Shown here in pieces: positions 8,375 to 15,993 of a DNA stretch of 35,314 nucleotides. Source of the DNA: an uncultured Bacteroidales bacterium (GTDB taxonomy: Bacteria > Bacteroidota > Bacteroidia > Bacteroidales > CAZSJF01); contig CAZSJF010000003.1 of NCBI GenBank assembly GCA_964606705.1, positions 1 through 35,314 on the forward strand, written 5' to 3'. Position 1 is the stretch's first letter. The number at the start of each line of letters is the position of its first letter. The notes below the pieces were generated by a model. The model was not told the DNA's origin. It made no database searches and was given only the letters and a program-made list of their open reading frames with translations. Position numbers and translations under genes: made by a program.

Positions 8375-9754
8375 CTATTTTACAAACTTCTTGATGATAG
8401 ATTCGTTGCCAAATGTAGCTCTTACAAAATATATTCCACTTGGCAATTCACTGATATTCATTTTTACAGTGTTTTGTCCGCTGTTAACAGAGTATATTTC
8501 ACTGAATACAACCTGACCGAATAAATTCAGTATCTGTACTTCTGAATTTGAACTTCTTTCGGTTGTTATATCAATATTCAGATTATCTGTTGCAGGGTTC
8601 GGATATACATTGATAAACCTTTCGGCTTGTTCAATATATTTGATGCCGGTTGTAATATCTTCCTGCTTGACATATATAAGTCCTCCAAATACATAGTTAG
8701 ATTTATTACAATTGATTGTTAATGTAACGTAATATGCTCCTGCAATGTCTATATGATAAGTTGCAAAAAGATATGTATATGTAATGGTGTCAGTTTCCTG
8801 CATTATTAACCATACAACTGTAATATCGTTTGTCTGGTTTGTTATTACCTGCTGGATGAAAAATGTGTCAATAGCACCTTCCAGACATGTATCTATAGTA
8901 TAATTCAGCGTATCATTCAGGATTATGTTGCCGACAAAAATGTTTTCACAGTAGGTGTCATAACATGTGTCCATTCCGGATGCTATGCTAAGGCATACTT
9001 CATATACCCCGTCATTGCTGAAGAAATGAATCGGATTCTCTTCGTTCGAGTTACTGCCGTCACCGAAGTCCCAGGAATAAAAATTATCAAGACTATCTGA
9101 ATAAAATGATGTATTATAGAATTGATATTCATAATTACCTATAATATCATAAATAAATGAAGCTTCACAATTAAATAAAGAATCTTCATTTTCATAAACA
9201 CTAATCCATGTACAATAGGAGTCGCTGCATAATGTATCTCCAAGGTCAATGTTGTAAACATTCAGGCATACATTATAAAATCCATTTGTGTTATAAATAT
9301 GAACAGGATTTGTTTCTGAAGAATTGCTGCCATCACCGAAATCCCATGAATATGTGTTCTGGCTTCCATTCTGCGGGCCATAAAATGTGTATTCCGAAAT
9401 CCCTGTGTGGTTATAATCGAAATTGGCATGACAACATACATTTTCAACAGTAACAACAACATCATCAGAGGCGGTGGAACCACCATCAGTTGCTGTAACT
9501 GTATATGTAGTGGTTGTTGTTGGAGTTGCTAGAATATTATATGTGGTTTCTCCGGTATTCCATTGATATTGTAATGGCGCCATTGAGTCTGTTACCTGCA
9601 GCCAAGTTGACTCACCATTACAAATAGTCTGGTCTTCTCCTGCATTAACAGTACATTGTGACCATGTAAATCCGGTATTAAACATTAAAAATGTAATACC
9701 TGCAATCATAAATCTGACGGCTTTTTTCAATTTGAGGGTTTTTTTTGTTTTCAT
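8375..9754 (-). CDS. T9SS cargo protein: one Ig-like repeat, two PKD domains, unknown domain, CTD (short paralog)
   Basis: 459-aa ORF with the signal sequence MKTKKTLKLKK..FLMFNTGFTWSQ. The PKD hallmark occurs twice (YSWDFGDGSNSSETNPVHIY; YSWDFGDGSNSNEENPIHFF). The CTD is VYPNPATDNLNIDI..VQILNLFGQVV..GIYFVRATFGNESIIKKFVK. Confidence 0.8.
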   Translation of the reverse strand: MKTKKTLKLKKAVRFMIAGITFLMFNTGFTWSQCTVNAGEDQTICNGESTWLQVTDSMAPLQYQWNTGETTYNILATPTTTTTYTVTATDGGSTASDDVVVTVENVCCHANFDYNHTGISEYTFYGPQNGSQNTYSWDFGDGSNSSETNPVHIYNTNGFYNVCLNVYNIDLGDTLCSDSYCTWISVYENEDSLFNCEASFIYDIIGNYEYQFYNTSFYSDSLDNFYSWDFGDGSNSNEENPIHFFSNDGVYEVCLSIASGMDTCYDTYCENIFVGNIILNDTLNYTIDTCLEGAIDTFFIQQVITNQTNDITVVWLIMQETDTITYTYLFATYHIDIAGAYYVTLTINCNKSNYVFGGLIYVKQEDITTGIKYIEQAERFINVYPNPATDNLNIDITTERSSNSEVQILNLFGQVVFSEIYSVNSGQNTVKMNISELPSGIYFVRATFGNESIIKKFVK

Positions 9755-9810
9755 AATTTTAATTTTTTTTAGTTAAACAATTTTTTAATTACTTTTTCTC
9801 TTTTATTAAT

Positions 9811-9838
9811 AAGACAAGATGAAAATGAAAATGGTTGC
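9811..9838 (-). promoter_or_regulatory. ECF-type promoter motif, site A (proximal promoter of 8375..9754)
   Basis: The minus strand reads ATGCAACCATTTTCATTTTCATCTTGTCTTATT. The motif ends about 58 nt upstream of the ATG at 9754. It is the same motif that lies upstream of the ECF sigma gene (site D). Confidence 0.55.
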
Positions 9839-9850
9839 ATGGGAAAAAAA

Positions 9851-9930
9851 TAGCTGGTATTAAATATGGCCATAATATCTGCAATCATTAATTTTATTGA
9901 CTTTTGCCTTTTTAATTCTTTTGTTTTCAT
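9851..9930 (-). pseudogene. 5' remnant (signal-peptide stub) of a third PKD-cargo paralog
   Basis: The minus strand from the ATG at 9930 encodes MKTKELKRQKSIKLMIADIMAIFNTSYFF. This aligns with the signal peptides MKTKKTLRLKKSIKLMIAGVALIFNTGLTW and MKTKKTLKLKKAVRFMIAGITFLMFNTGFTW of the two full genes. Homology then breaks and the sequence runs directly into promoter site A. The stub retains its own 5' leader (AGTTGAACAATA, compare AGTTAAACAAT) and its own promoter site B. Confidence 0.6.
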
Positions 9931-9977
9931 GATTTGAAAAATTTTAGTTGAACAATAATTTATCTGTTCTTTTCAAT

Positions 9978-10005
9978 AAGACAAGATCAAAATGAAAATG
10001 GTTGC
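9978..10005 (-). promoter_or_regulatory. ECF-type promoter motif, site B (upstream of the gene stub, distal tandem promoter for 8375..9754)
   Basis: The minus strand reads ATGCAACCATTTTCATTTTGATCTTGTCTTATT. This differs from site A at one position. Confidence 0.5.
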
Positions 10006-10056
10006 ATGGGATTTATTTTTATTGATTATTTTTCGTGCAATTGTTAAATTTTTTAT

Positions 10057-10095
10057 AAAAAAAAAGGACAGCATGGTAAAATCCACACTGTCCTT
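10057..10095 (-). terminator. intrinsic terminator downstream of 10121..12142
   Basis: On the minus strand the sequence reads AAGGACAG-(16-nt loop)-CTGTCCTT followed by a run of T (the A-run 10057-10065 on the plus strand). The stem is 10064-10071 paired with 10088-10095. Confidence 0.6.
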
Positions 10096-10120
10096 ACGAA
10101 CTAAGTTAAATTAATGGAAA

Positions 10121-12142
10121 CTATTTTACAAACTTCTTGATGATAGATTCGTTGCCAAATGTAGCTCTTACAAAATATATTCCACTTGGCAATTCACTGA
10201 TATTCATTTTTACAGTGTTTTGTCCGCTGTTGATAGTATATATTTCGCTGTATACAACCTGTCCGAATGAATTCAGTATCTGTACTTCCGGATTTGAGCT
10301 TTTTTCGGTTGTTATATCAATATTCAGGTTATCTGTAGCAGGATTCGGATATACACTAACATATTTTTCAGTTTGTTTTATATACTTAATTCCGGTTGTA
10401 ATGTCTTCCTGATCAATAGAAATAAGTTTTCCGCATACATAAGTATATTTAGCACAGTTGATGGTTAATGTAATATAGTATACCCCTGCACTGTCTATGT
10501 GATATTCTGCAAAAAGATAAGTGATACTGTCATTTTCCTGCACTATTGCCCAAATAATTATTACTTCAGTTGTCTGGTTTGTTATTACCTGTTGGACGAA
10601 GAATGTGTCAATAGCATCTTCCACACATGTATCCAGAGAATAATTTATTGAATCATTTGGAATTATATTTCCGACAAAGATATTTTCACAGTAATAATCA
10701 GTGCATGAATCTATTCCGGATACAATACCAAGACATACTTCATATACTCCGTCATTAGCGAAAACATGAACAGGATTTTCCTCGTTTGAGTTACTGCCAT
10801 CGCCAAAGTCCCAGAAATATTCATTGTTAAGACTATCTGAATAAAATGATGTATTATAGAACTGATATTCATAATTACCTATAATGTCATAAGCAAATGA
10901 AGCTTCACAATCATTAAATAAAGAATCTTCGAAAGCGCCAATCCATATACAATAGGAATCGCTGCATAATGTATCTCCGAGATCAATATTGTAAACATTC
11001 AGGCATACATTATAAAATCCGTCTGTATTATAAGTATGGATGGGGCTCAATTCCGCAGAATTGCCTCCGTCTCCGAAATTCCATGAATATGTATTCTGAT
11101 TCCCTGTCTGAGGGCCGCTAAAGGTGAATTCCAGTATTCCGCTGTGCTGATACCCGAAATTAGCATGACAACATATGTTTTCAACAGTAATTACTATTTC
11201 ATCAGAAGCAGTGGAACAGCCATCTGTAGCTGTGACTGTATATGTAGTAGTTGTTACTGGAGTTGCGAAAATAGCATAGGTAGTTGCTCCGGTATTCCAT
11301 ATGAATTGTAACTGTGACATGGAGTCTCCTACCTGGAGCCATGTTGATTCGCCATTACAGATAGTCATGTCTTCTCCTGCATTAACTATTATCTGATCTG
11401 CCAGTATTACAGTAACTTCATCTTTATCAGTACAGCCGTTGCCGCTGGTTACTGTTACTGTATATACCGTTGTCTCAGTAGGATTAACAGTGATGGAAGA
11501 CGTGGTCTGTGCTGTACTCCATAAATATGTGGTACCGCCGCTTGCTGTTAATGTTGCTGTTTCGCTGACACATATATATTGATCTGCTCCTGCATTAGCT
11601 GTTACACCAGGGAGTATAGTTACAACAACCGCGTCATCATCAATACAGCCGTTTGCTTCTGTAACTGTTACATAATAAGTTGTTGTAACATTAGGGCTGA
11701 CCACTATTGACTGAGAAATTTGCATGGAGTCACCCCACTGATAAGTTATTCCTCCAGTAGCTGTCAGTGTTACGCTGTAACCGCCGCATGTTGTTAAATC
11801 TGCCCCTGCATTTGCTGTGGGTAATGCGCTGACAATAACAACAACTTCATCTGTTGCACTGCAGGCACTCAGGTCTGTAAATGTAACTGTATATGTTGTT
11901 GTTACATTCGGATTTACCAGTATATCCTGAGTTGTTTGGGCAGTACTCCAAAGGTAAGTTCCTGTGGCAGAATCTCCCGGTAGGGCTGTTAAAATAAAAG
12001 CATTGCCCTGACATATACTAATGTCCTGCCCGACATCTACGCTGCACTGAGACCACGTTAACCCAGTGTTAAAAATAAGCGCAACACCGGCAATCATTAA
12101 CTTAATTGATTTTTTCAATCTGAGTGTTTTTTTTGTTTTCAT
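10121..12142 (-). CDS. T9SS cargo protein: four Ig-like repeats, two PKD domains, unknown domain, CTD (long paralog)
   Basis: The ORF track gives 10121..12169 from a TTG start. The ATG at 12142 (MKTKKTLRLKK..) matches the start of the paralog. There are four Cys-bracketed repeats, for example TLTATGGITYQWGD and TLTASGGTTYLWSTAQTTSSITVNPTETTVYTVTVTSGNGC. The PKD motifs are YSWNFGDGGNSAELSPIHTY and YFWDFGDGSNSNEENPVHVF. The CTD is almost identical to that of 8375..9754. Confidence 0.8.
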   Translation of the reverse strand: MKTKKTLRLKKSIKLMIAGVALIFNTGLTWSQCSVDVGQDISICQGNAFILTALPGDSATGTYLWSTAQTTQDILVNPNVTTTYTVTFTDLSACSATDEVVVIVSALPTANAGADLTTCGGYSVTLTATGGITYQWGDSMQISQSIVVSPNVTTTYYVTVTEANGCIDDDAVVVTILPGVTANAGADQYICVSETATLTASGGTTYLWSTAQTTSSITVNPTETTVYTVTVTSGNGCTDKDEVTVILADQIIVNAGEDMTICNGESTWLQVGDSMSQLQFIWNTGATTYAIFATPVTTTTYTVTATDGCSTASDEIVITVENICCHANFGYQHSGILEFTFSGPQTGNQNTYSWNFGDGGNSAELSPIHTYNTDGFYNVCLNVYNIDLGDTLCSDSYCIWIGAFEDSLFNDCEASFAYDIIGNYEYQFYNTSFYSDSLNNEYFWDFGDGSNSNEENPVHVFANDGVYEVCLGIVSGIDSCTDYYCENIFVGNIIPNDSINYSLDTCVEDAIDTFFVQQVITNQTTEVIIIWAIVQENDSITYLFAEYHIDSAGVYYITLTINCAKYTYVCGKLISIDQEDITTGIKYIKQTEKYVSVYPNPATDNLNIDITTEKSSNPEVQILNSFGQVVYSEIYTINSGQNTVKMNISELPSGIYFVRATFGNESIIKKFVK

Positions 12143-12189
12143 AATTTTCTCCTTTTTTTGGTTAAACAATAGATTTTTATTTTAATGGT

Positions 12190-12217
12190 AAGACAAGGTT
12201 AAGATGAAAAAGGTTGT
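12190..12217 (-). promoter_or_regulatory. ECF-type promoter motif, site C (upstream of 10121..12142)
   Basis: The minus strand reads ATACAACCTTTTTCATCTTAACCTTGTCTTACC, about 48 nt upstream of the ATG at 12142. The -35-like element is ACAACC rather than GCAACC. Confidence 0.45.
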
Positions 12218-12276
12218 ATGAAATATTTTTTTTGTTCATATAATTCTGTTTTAATTCCTACACATGGAATTTTGTA

Positions 12277-13746
12277 TCAGAATGTCAGGTAAACACTAGC
12301 CCTGACACCCAATGAATAAGGCTTTTTACTGATATTGCTGTCTGAATAAAAGGATTTGAGGTAATACTTAAATGTAGGCTCTAATGCGAAACTTATAATA
12401 GGATTTATCTGATATCCCAATTCTGCCGAAGCCATCAATTGCCAGTTGGTCTTTACCAGATTTGAATTTTCCTTTTCAACATTTAATATCAGCCATTCGG
12501 CATTTCCTGTAATTTCGGGTTCTGCTTTATCAAGTAAGATATTCAGGTTAAAACCTGCCCTTGCCGTGAGGAAAAACCTGCTGCCAAAATATTTTTTGTA
12601 ACCGGCAGTAAAAGGAATACTCAGATAAGTGAAACTGTTTTCTGTAACCTCATTGGTTGTGTGTTCAACAGAATCGTAAACATTTTTAACAGAACCGTAG
12701 TAATTAGTTGTTGAATCCCAAGGGTAAGAAACGGAATCGACATCAAAATATGAGCCGATCAGGTCGTTTGACATATATTTTATAGTGTTGTTAATATTTT
12801 CCTTTGATCTGAATAATCCGATGCCTAACTGGAAAACAAATTTTGAGTAAGTATAATTTGCAGTGATTCCAAGTATATTTCCTGCAGTTGTTTTGTTAGT
12901 GTCAGAAAGGTTATAAATGAAATCTTTTGTGTAATGGAGGCCATAATAAAGTTTTGAACGGCTTATATTTGCTGATTCATTCTGTGTAGTGTTAGTTGTT
13001 ATATTCCCGGCAGTGTTGTCTTGTGGTTTCTGGTTGATATCCGGTATTGTGATGTTTGTATCAGCAGTAGTAATATTTTCAACAGGTGTATTATCTGTTT
13101 GCTGATTATTTTCCGGGGTAATGGGATTATTTTCAGTAACTTTTGATTCAGGAATGAATTCGTTTACTTTTTCCGGTTCATTTGTCTTGTTTTCTGTTTT
13201 TTCAGCAAAGAAGATATTTTTATTTACTTTATTCTTTGTGGTGGTTTTTTCAGATTTGTCTGCAGTATTTTGTTCTTTTATTTTAGTTACAGCAGTAATA
13301 TTTTTAACATTATTATCTGTGGACTTTTCTTTATTGTTATTTATAATAATGTTTGATTTTTTAACAGGATTTATATTATTGGTGTTATTATTTCCCGTAT
13401 TGTAATTTGTTATTTCATTTTTGCTTTCCGTTTTAGCAGCAACAGGTACGTTTCCGGTATTATCTTTTGAGTCTTTTATTTTATTAATATGAGTAGCAGA
13501 AGTTGTTTTAGGGGTGATTGATTTTTTATTCAGGTTATTATATATGAAAAATGCACCTGTAAATACTGAAACGACAGCAATTGTTGTAAAGTACGATAAA
13601 TTATTGGAAAAAAAGCCTCCTATCCTGGGAGTTCCGCTGTCTTTAATTGCGGAGCGTATATTTGCCCAGGCATTATCCGACGGCTGCAGATTCAGGTTAT
13701 CTATAGCCTCGTTGTACTTTTCTATCAATCGGTCTTTTTTACTCAT
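12277..13746 (-). CDS. putative anti-sigma factor / trans-envelope protein: short cytoplasmic N-terminus, one TM helix, long N/T/K-rich linker, C-terminal OMP-like beta-barrel domain
   Basis: 489-aa ORF whose ATG overlaps the stop of the ECF sigma gene by 4 nt (13743-13746). The TM helix is FTTIAVVSVFTGAFFIY (aa ~52-69). A low-complexity segment spans aa ~75-262. The C-terminal ~225 aa have alternating amphipathic strands and end in a terminal aromatic residue (..SLGVRASVYLTF), like outer-membrane beta-barrels. There is no HxxxCxxC zinc anti-sigma motif. Confidence 0.5.
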   Translation of the reverse strand: MSKKDRLIEKYNEAIDNLNLQPSDNAWANIRSAIKDSGTPRIGGFFSNNLSYFTTIAVVSVFTGAFFIYNNLNKKSITPKTTSATHINKIKDSKDNTGNVPVAAKTESKNEITNYNTGNNNTNNINPVKKSNIIINNNKEKSTDNNVKNITAVTKIKEQNTADKSEKTTTKNKVNKNIFFAEKTENKTNEPEKVNEFIPESKVTENNPITPENNQQTDNTPVENITTADTNITIPDINQKPQDNTAGNITTNTTQNESANISRSKLYYGLHYTKDFIYNLSDTNKTTAGNILGITANYTYSKFVFQLGIGLFRSKENINNTIKYMSNDLIGSYFDVDSVSYPWDSTTNYYGSVKNVYDSVEHTTNEVTENSFTYLSIPFTAGYKKYFGSRFFLTARAGFNLNILLDKAEPEITGNAEWLILNVEKENSNLVKTNWQLMASAELGYQINPIISFALEPTFKYYLKSFYSDSNISKKPYSLGVRASVYLTF

Positions 13747-14318
13747 ATAATTACTTCATTTAATTTTAAAATTTTGTCCTGCAAGATCTTTCTTGCTCTT
13801 GAAAATTGTGATTTTGAAGTATTTTCTGATATATTGAGTTCTTCTCCTATTTCTTTATGAGTGTAGCCCATTGAATAAAGGTTAAAAACCATCCTGTATC
13901 CTTCCGGGAGTTCATCTACTAATTTTATTATTTCGTTATGTGATAATTTGTCGACAGCATCTTCGTCGTTTATTTCATATTCCCTTATATTGCCTTCATA
14001 TTCGCCTGTACTATCAATCTCTTCACTCTGGGAATATTTCTTGTTTTTATGATAAAAATTGATAGCTGTACGTGTCATAATACGTCTTACCCACCCCTCA
14101 AGCGAGCCTTCGAACTTGTAAGTACCCAGGTTGTTAAAGACCTGAATAAAACCTTCCTGTAAAACATCTTCAGCTTCCATTTTGTTTTTTGTAAAACGAT
14201 AACATACATTTAACATCTTTGAGGCAAATTGCTTGTACAACTGCTCCTGGCACTTTAAATCCCCTTTCAAACACCCTGTCACGAGGTGCTTTTCTTTATT
14301 TAGCAAAAAGTCAAGCAT
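13743..14318 (-). CDS. RNA polymerase ECF-type (group IV) sigma-70 factor
   Basis: 191-aa ORF. The region 2 signature is EDVLQEGFIQVFNNLGTYKFEGSLEGWVRRIMTRTAINFY. The region 4 HTH is LPEGYRMVFNLYSMGYTHKEIGEELNISENTSKSQFSRARKIL. There is no region 1 or 3. Confidence 0.9.
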   Translation of the reverse strand: MLDFLLNKEKHLVTGCLKGDLKCQEQLYKQFASKMLNVCYRFTKNKMEAEDVLQEGFIQVFNNLGTYKFEGSLEGWVRRIMTRTAINFYHKNKKYSQSEEIDSTGEYEGNIREYEINDEDAVDKLSHNEIIKLVDELPEGYRMVFNLYSMGYTHKEIGEELNISENTSKSQFSRARKILQDKILKLNEVII

Positions 14319-14337
14319 AAATGCCTTCTAAATATTA

Positions 14338-14365
14338 AGACAAGATAAACAAAAAAATGGTTGCA
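14338..14365 (-). promoter_or_regulatory. ECF-type promoter motif, site D (autoregulatory promoter of the sigma/anti-sigma operon)
   Basis: The minus strand reads ATGCAACCATTTTTTTGTTTATCTTGTCTTAAT and ends about 20 nt upstream of the sigma ATG (14318). Confidence 0.55.
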
Positions 14366-14397
14366 TCAAAGTTAAAATAATTTTTTTATTCCCTGAC

Positions 14398-14424
14398 GCA
14401 ACCTTTTTTGACCCCGGGCATCTA
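14398..14424 (+). promoter_or_regulatory. ECF-type promoter motif, site E (upstream of 14465..15952, divergent from site D)
   Basis: The plus strand reads ACGCAACCTTTTTTGACCCCGGGCATCTATTAA. The spacing is GCAACC-N17-TCTA, and the motif ends about 41 nt upstream of the ATG at 14465. Confidence 0.5.
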
Positions 14425-14464
14425 TTAAATAAAACCGGATTATTAACCTTAAATTTTTTAAATC

Positions 14465-15952
14465 ATGAAAACAAAACAACTTTTATTGACAGCAGTGATA
14501 ATGTGTGCTGTATTCAGCATAAAATCACAGACTTATTATCCTTTCATCAGTGATAATAAAATATGGTCAATTGTTAACGGCAATGGGTGGTATGGTTATG
14601 CAACAGATTTTACCAAACTTGACGGGGATACTGTTATAGATGGTAAAGACTATAAATTTATATATCATTGTTATGAACCGTCAATGATGAACTGGGACAA
14701 AGATGAGTACTCTTTTATCAGAGAAGATATAGATAACAAACGTGTTTATACATATAATGACAGCAGTGAAGTACTTTTATATGATTTTTCATTGATGCCG
14801 GGAGATTCATTTTATACAGGAACTCCTGATTATGAGACAGGTGGCGATTCTTTATATGCATTTGTCAAAACTGTCGATTCAGTTCTGATACATGGTGTAT
14901 ACAGAAAAAGAATAATTTTTGATACATTATTCAATGATGGTGTTTTTAATGAAGTATGGATTGAAGGTTTGGGAAGTTTAACAGCTCCCTTTGCACCGTT
15001 TGTTAATCTTATTAACTATTCTATTGTTAATGGTCCGTGGTCATACCTGATATGTGTAAAAGAAAATGATAATATGATATATCAGAATTCTAATCAAGGA
15101 AGTTGTTATGTCAATACTAATATTTTTGCTTACCATCCTTTTATCAATGTTTTTGATGAAAAAATATGGGTTGTAGGGATTAGCTCATGGTGGAATTCTA
15201 CCGTTTACTATAAACTTGAAGGAGATACAATAATAAATAGTAAGAATTATAAATTTATTTACACTACACTTGACTCAACATTTACAAACTGGACTAAAAA
15301 TGAAGAAGGTTATATAAGAGAAGATGTTAATACCAGACGTGTTTATGAATACTGTAATGATGGATATGAAAGGCTCTTATATGATTTTTCCTTAATGCAG
15401 GGTGATTCATTTTATAATGGATGTAAAGATGATCAGACAGGAGATTCTCTTTATACAACTGTTGATAGTATTGATTATGTCTGGATAAATGGGGCAAATT
15501 GTAAAATAATAAACGGCAATATTATTGAAAGTATAGGAAACACAGGCTATCCGTTTTTTGTAGCTGATGGATATGGCTATTGTATGATGATTTTCGACTG
15601 GTATCCATCTTTATTATGTGTAAAAGAAAATGGCAATACGATATATCAGAATCCTGATTATGGTGTTTGTTATTTTGGCAATACATCCGTTAAGGAAATC
15701 AAAGACGATGAAAATACAGTTAGAATATATCCAAACCCTTCATCAACTTCTGCAACAATTACCATATCGGATGAACAAAACAGGTATAATGAAATAAAAG
15801 TTCTTGACATACAGGGTCAGGTTGTGAAAAGGGATATTATTAATGACAATACATATATCCTTAACACATCTGATATGATTCCGGGTATGTATTTCATTTT
15901 TATAAATGACAATAAAGATAATGTACTGAAAAGTAAGATTATTGTGGAATAA
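14465..15952 (+). CDS. T9SS cargo protein with an internal tandem duplication of a ~190-aa module
   Basis: 495-aa ORF with signal peptide MKTKQLLLTAVIMCAVFSIKSQ. Module 1 (aa ~24-216) and module 2 (aa ~223-404) share Y(Y/H)PFI..KIW, KL(D/E)GDT(V/I)I(D/N).K(D/N)YKFIY, IRED(I/V)..+RVY.Y, LLYDFSLM.GDSFY.G, L(I/L)CVKEN.N.IYQN and CY(V/F). The CTD is RIYPNPSSTSATITI..IKVLDIQGQVV..GMYFIFIND. Confidence 0.75.
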   Translation: MKTKQLLLTAVIMCAVFSIKSQTYYPFISDNKIWSIVNGNGWYGYATDFTKLDGDTVIDGKDYKFIYHCYEPSMMNWDKDEYSFIREDIDNKRVYTYNDSSEVLLYDFSLMPGDSFYTGTPDYETGGDSLYAFVKTVDSVLIHGVYRKRIIFDTLFNDGVFNEVWIEGLGSLTAPFAPFVNLINYSIVNGPWSYLICVKENDNMIYQNSNQGSCYVNTNIFAYHPFINVFDEKIWVVGISSWWNSTVYYKLEGDTIINSKNYKFIYTTLDSTFTNWTKNEEGYIREDVNTRRVYEYCNDGYERLLYDFSLMQGDSFYNGCKDDQTGDSLYTTVDSIDYVWINGANCKIINGNIIESIGNTGYPFFVADGYGYCMMIFDWYPSLLCVKENGNTIYQNPDYGVCYFGNTSVKEIKDDENTVRIYPNPSSTSATITISDEQNRYNEIKVLDIQGQVVKRDIINDNTYILNTSDMIPGMYFIFINDNKDNVLKSKIIVE

Positions 15953-15993
15953 CAAATAATAAATTATTAATCATTTCATTTAAAGAAAAGGAT

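Noticed and set aside
9739-9746. A8/T8 homopolymer tracts at codons 3-5 of both PKD cargo paralogs (also 12127..12134), considered as possible slipped-strand phase-variation switches.
   Set aside because: They encode the Lys-rich n-region of the signal peptide (MKTKKT) in an AT-rich genome, so AAA runs are expected. A single sequence cannot show length variation. This would only be worth checking in read pileups.
9806-10015. The repeated GAAAATGAAAATGG / AAGACAAGAT strings looked at first like a short tandem or CRISPR-like repeat.
   Set aside because: There are only two copies ~167 bp apart. There is no regular repeat-spacer periodicity and no cas genes. They are explained as duplicated promoter sites A and B.
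12143-12169. TTG-initiated extension (MFNQKKEKI) of the long PKD cargo gene.
   Set aside because: The paralog 8375..9754 starts at the equivalent MKTKKTL ATG. The extension would lie in the conserved 5' leader downstream of promoter site C.
12961-13524. An N/T/K-rich, A-rich stretch that resembles a nucleotide-level low-complexity repeat.
   Set aside because: It is in frame within the 489-aa ORF and has no exact tandem unit. It is best interpreted as a disordered linker in the protein.
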